A DNA stretch of 25,617 nt from Candidatus Hermodarchaeota archaeon. Its GTDB lineage: Archaea; Asgardarchaeota; Thorarchaeia; Thorarchaeales; Thorarchaeaceae. Below are positions 22,758 through 25,617 of this stretch, piece by piece (the first letter of the stretch is position 1; every line of letters begins with the position of its first letter). A program made the translations under genes and the position numbers. Location of the stretch: contig JBHLLF010000037.1 in the NCBI GenBank assembly GCA_048885865.1, positions 1 through 25,617 of the forward strand. The letters run 5' to 3'. Under the pieces are notes generated by a model, which saw only the letters and a list, made by a program, of their open reading frames with translations, did no database searches and was not told where the DNA came from.

Positions 22758-25617
22758 TTGAAGTCCATTAAGAAAATAACAATAATCATTGCTTTCTGCT
22801 TTTTGGCAATTGGCCTAGTTGGCGCCTATACGGCATTAGGAAAGCCTGACTATACAGCTGAATGCGGAACCTGCCACACTACTAGTCCCTCCGATGTGAC
22901 TATTTCATCAAATGCGACAGGTACAGTAGACGCAGATTTAGGCTCACAATTCTCGCTTGTGGTATCATCATCAAGCGCTGCTACAAAAGCTGGTGACACA
23001 GCAACTGCTGTTTTGAGCGGATGGGCGGATAACAATCAGTTTTCGTTCACAGATCAGTCAATTCTTGACAACGACCCGGGGGACACAAATTCGAATATTG
23101 GCCAGATGACTGTTACGTTTGCGTTCACCCCAATAGCAGTAGGAACCTGGACATTGAGAATCTGGGCAGCAGCCAAAGGAGGGCATTCTGCGAGTCTTGA
23201 TGTCACAGTGTCGGTAACCTCGTCTGACTCAACACCCCCAACGATTGACAGTCCAGCTGACCAGATAATTGCTGAAGGGAATGGCAGTGCAAGTGTAACT
23301 TGGACCCCCAATGATGCGAATCCCAGCAGTTATGAGATTCTGGATAATGGCGCCACATTCCAGAGTGGTTCATGGGATGGCTCTCCAATCACTGCAACGC
23401 TTGGGTCCCTGAATCTTGGTACTCACACTCTTACTATTACCGTGTTTGATGCAGCAAACAATAATGCCTCAGATGAGGTTGGAGTGACAGTCTATGATGG
23501 CACCGTTCCATTGGTCGACAGCCCCGCTAATGTCACATATGATGAAGGGGCAAGCGGAAGCACAATCGTCTGGGACCCAACTGATCTCCATCCCTCTAGC
23601 TACGTGATTTATAGGGAGGGCACACCAATCAAATCAGGCAATTGGAATAGCTCAGCTGAAACGATTTCAATATTGGTTGAAGGAGAGAGTCTTGGGGAGT
23701 TTAATTATACAATTGAAGTCACTGATGTTGGCTCGAATTCGGTCACGGACACGGTTTGGGTGATTGTTTCCGATGGCACTCCACCAACAATCGATAGTCC
23801 AACGGATGTCAGCTTTAACGAAGGAGAAACTGGCATTGGCATAACTTGGGATCCAACAGACCTTCATCCCTTGAATTACACCATTTATAGAGATGGAGTT
23901 CCAATCAAATCTGGAACTTGGAACTCAAGTGTGGAAACAATCGCGGTTTCAGTAGAAGGGCTTTCACTGGGGGTATATGATTATATGCTGGAGGTTTTCG
24001 ATATAGGAGGGAACCCAGCAAGTGATGTGGTCCGGGTTACAGTAGGCGATGGCACTCCGCCGAATATTGATAGTCCCCCGAATGTGACATACGCTGAAGG
24101 CACTCCTCTTCAGTCAGTCACCTGGGATCCAACAGACAGCTATCCTCTGAACTATATCATCTACAGAAATAGCGTTCAAGTCAAATCAGGGACGTGGAAT
24201 GACACCTCCGAAACAATCTCGATTTCAGTAAGCGGCTTGGGTTTAGGGCTATATAATTTCACAATACTAGTCGCCGATATTGGATTAAACACCGCAAACG
24301 ACACGGTGTGGGTAGAGGTGTATGATGGCACTGCACCTACCATTGACCAGCCAAGCGATGCTCAGATATCCGAAGGCACACCCGGGAATAATGTCACGTG
24401 GAATCCCTTTGATCTGCATCCTTCGCATTATGAAATTTACCTGGAAGAAGTTCTCTTCAAGTCCGGATTATGGAACTCAAGCTCGGAATCCATCACAGTT
24501 TCCATTGATGGTTTAAGCCTTGGCGTTTATAATCTGACAATAGTCGTTTACGATTCAGCTGGATTCACCGCAGTTGATATGCTTGATGTGGTAGTGGTGG
24601 ATGGAACGCTTCCCTCAATCGATGAGCCAGCTGATGCGTTCTACCCTGAAGGAGAAGGAGGCCACAATATCACATGGACTCCATCAGACCTTCATCCAGT
24701 CAGCTATGTTGTCTACAATAATGAGACCCCGATAATGTCAGGAATCTGGAACTCGACTGGGGAAACTATTGTGGTATTCCTTGATGGTCTGGTAATTGGA
24801 CTCCATAACTTCACCCTGGTCGTAGCTGACATTGGAGGAAATACTGTATCTGATGAGGTGTGGGTGACCATCTTTAGCGCCGATGTCCCCACCATCAATG
24901 ATTTGCAGGACACAGATGTCGTGGAGGAGTCAATAGACAATTATCTGATTTGGAACCCCCTCGACCTTAACCCCCAGAGCTATGTTGTCTACAGGAACGG
25001 AACACTCTACAAGTCTGGTGCCTGGAATTCAAGCGCAGAGCTAATTCAAGTGCTGATTGATGGACTTGCCTTAGGTCGACATAATTTCACTATAGTCGTA
25101 ACTGACCAAGACGCAAATACTGCGACTGATATGCTATGGGTCATCGTTTATGATGGCACTCCGCCCAATGTGGATAACCCTGGAGACGTCTATTATGATG
25201 AAGGAAATCTCGGTAGCAGCATTACTTGGGATCCCACCGACACGAATCCAATCAACTATCTAATATACAAGGACGAGGTGCTACTCCAATCCGGAGTTTG
25301 GAATTCAACTTCGGAGACATTGACCATCATTGTTGATAATCTGCCAAGAGGAAGCTACAACTTCACGTTGGTGGTCTTTGATATCGGAGGGAATAGAGGA
25401 AGTGACACTGTGATGGTCTATGTAAGTGATGGCACTCCTCCGACAATAAACACTCCTCTAGATATCAACTACAATGAGGGCGATGCAGGTGGTAGCATTG
25501 TCTGGAATCCTGCAGACTCATACCCATCATCATTTGAGATTTATCTGAACGACGTACTTATCAAATCAGGGTTGTGGAATTCCAGTCTGGAAACTATCAC
25601 CATTTCAGTTACAGGTC
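22758..25617 (+). CDS. Large secreted surface protein: N-terminal monoheme CxxCH domain plus tandem Ig-like repeats; 3'-truncated and absent from the ORF track
   Basis: TTG at 22758 after AGGTGG. Translates MKSIKKITIIIAFCFLAIGLVGAYTALG-KPDYTAECGTCH..., and the repeat phase stays in this frame to the window end (>950 codons). Confidence 0.9.
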   Translation, partial: MKSIKKITIIIAFCFLAIGLVGAYTALGKPDYTAECGTCHTTSPSDVTISSNATGTVDADLGSQFSLVVSSSSAATKAGDTATAVLSGWADNNQFSFTDQSILDNDPGDTNSNIGQMTVTFAFTPIAVGTWTLRIWAAAKGGHSASLDVTVSVTSSDSTPPTIDSPADQIIAEGNGSASVTWTPNDANPSSYEILDNGATFQSGSWDGSPITATLGSLNLGTHTLTITVFDAANNNASDEVGVTVYDGTVPLVDSPANVTYDEGASGSTIVWDPTDLHPSSYVIYREGTPIKSGNWNSSAETISILVEGESLGEFNYTIEVTDVGSNSVTDTVWVIVSDGTPPTIDSPTDVSFNEGETGIGITWDPTDLHPLNYTIYRDGVPIKSGTWNSSVETIAVSVEGLSLGVYDYMLEVFDIGGNPASDVVRVTVGDGTPPNIDSPPNVTYAEGTPLQSVTWDPTDSYPLNYIIYRNSVQVKSGTWNDTSETISISVSGLGLGLYNFTILVADIGLNTANDTVWVEVYDGTAPTIDQPSDAQISEGTPGNNVTWNPFDLHPSHYEIYLEEVLFKSGLWNSSSESITVSIDGLSLGVYNLTIVVYDSAGFTAVDMLDVVVVDGTLPSIDEPADAFYPEGEGGHNITWTPSDLHPVSYVVYNNETPIMSGIWNSTGETIVVFLDGLVIGLHNFTLVVADIGGNTVSDEVWVTIFSADVPTINDLQDTDVVEESIDNYLIWNPLDLNPQSYVVYRNGTLYKSGAWNSSAELIQVLIDGLALGRHNFTIVVTDQDANTATDMLWVIVYDGTPPNVDNPGDVYYDEGNLGSSITWDPTDTNPINYLIYKDEVLLQSGVWNSTSETLTIIVDNLPRGSYNFTLVVFDIGGNRGSDTVMVYVSDGTPPTINTPLDINYNEGDAGGSIVWNPADSYPSSFEIYLNDVLIKSGLWNSSLETITISVTG
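23226..25617 (+). repeat. Intragenic tandem repeat with a 276-bp (92-aa) period: 8 complete units plus 1 partial
   Basis: Units start at 23226, 23496, 23772, 24048, 24324, 24600, 24876, 25152 and 25428 (first unit 270 bp). Consensus is approximately DGTxPxIDxPxDxxYxEG...IxWxPxDxxPxxYxIY...SGxWNSxxExI...GLxLGxYNxTxxVxDxGxN...DxVxVxV. Confidence 0.92.

Noticed and set aside
22850-24940. Short track ORFs (22850-23035, 23054-23311, 23203-23388, 23667-23867, 24322-24516, 24713-24940)
   Set aside because: Antisense or off-frame shadows of the long plus-strand CDS starting at 22758.
23226-25617. CRISPR array or mobile repeat
   Set aside because: The period is 276 bp, in frame and degenerate at the DNA level. 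These are protein domain repeats.

Overview
Gene-dense archaeal window, most likely from an Asgard archaeon, probably Thorarchaeota-like. This is inferred from a Rab-like small GTPase without a prenylation tail, archaeal-type 2-phosphoglycerate-kinase-like, ADP-forming acyl-CoA-ligase and OB-fold genes, GGAGG/GGTGA ribosome-binding sites, TATA-like boxes and N-glycosylation-rich Ig-repeat surface proteins. The centre (7652-22487, minus strand) is an unusual respiratory complex I-like locus with no nuoEFG in the window. Its only NuoB is fused C-terminally to a full GlcD/D-lactate-dehydrogenase-type FAD oxidoreductase. It has four antiporter-like subunits (M', L, M, N), and the NuoL lateral helix carries an exact 26-residue duplication, the hallmark of '2M' complexes. 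The NuoD pocket and the NuoH/A/K charged motifs are non-canonical, the gene order is shuffled (B-fusion // A-J-K-C-D-H-I-M'-L-M-N), and two paralogous unknown 4-TM proteins are embedded in the locus. On one side lies a membrane-anchored multiheme cytochrome c (7 CxxCH plus 2 atypical motifs). On the other lies a divergently transcribed large surface protein, missing from the ORF track, with one N-terminal CxxCH ahead of at least 9 tandem ~92-aa Ig-like repeats. No rRNA, tRNA, CRISPR array or mobile element was recognised. All calls come from reading motifs by eye; no searches were run.
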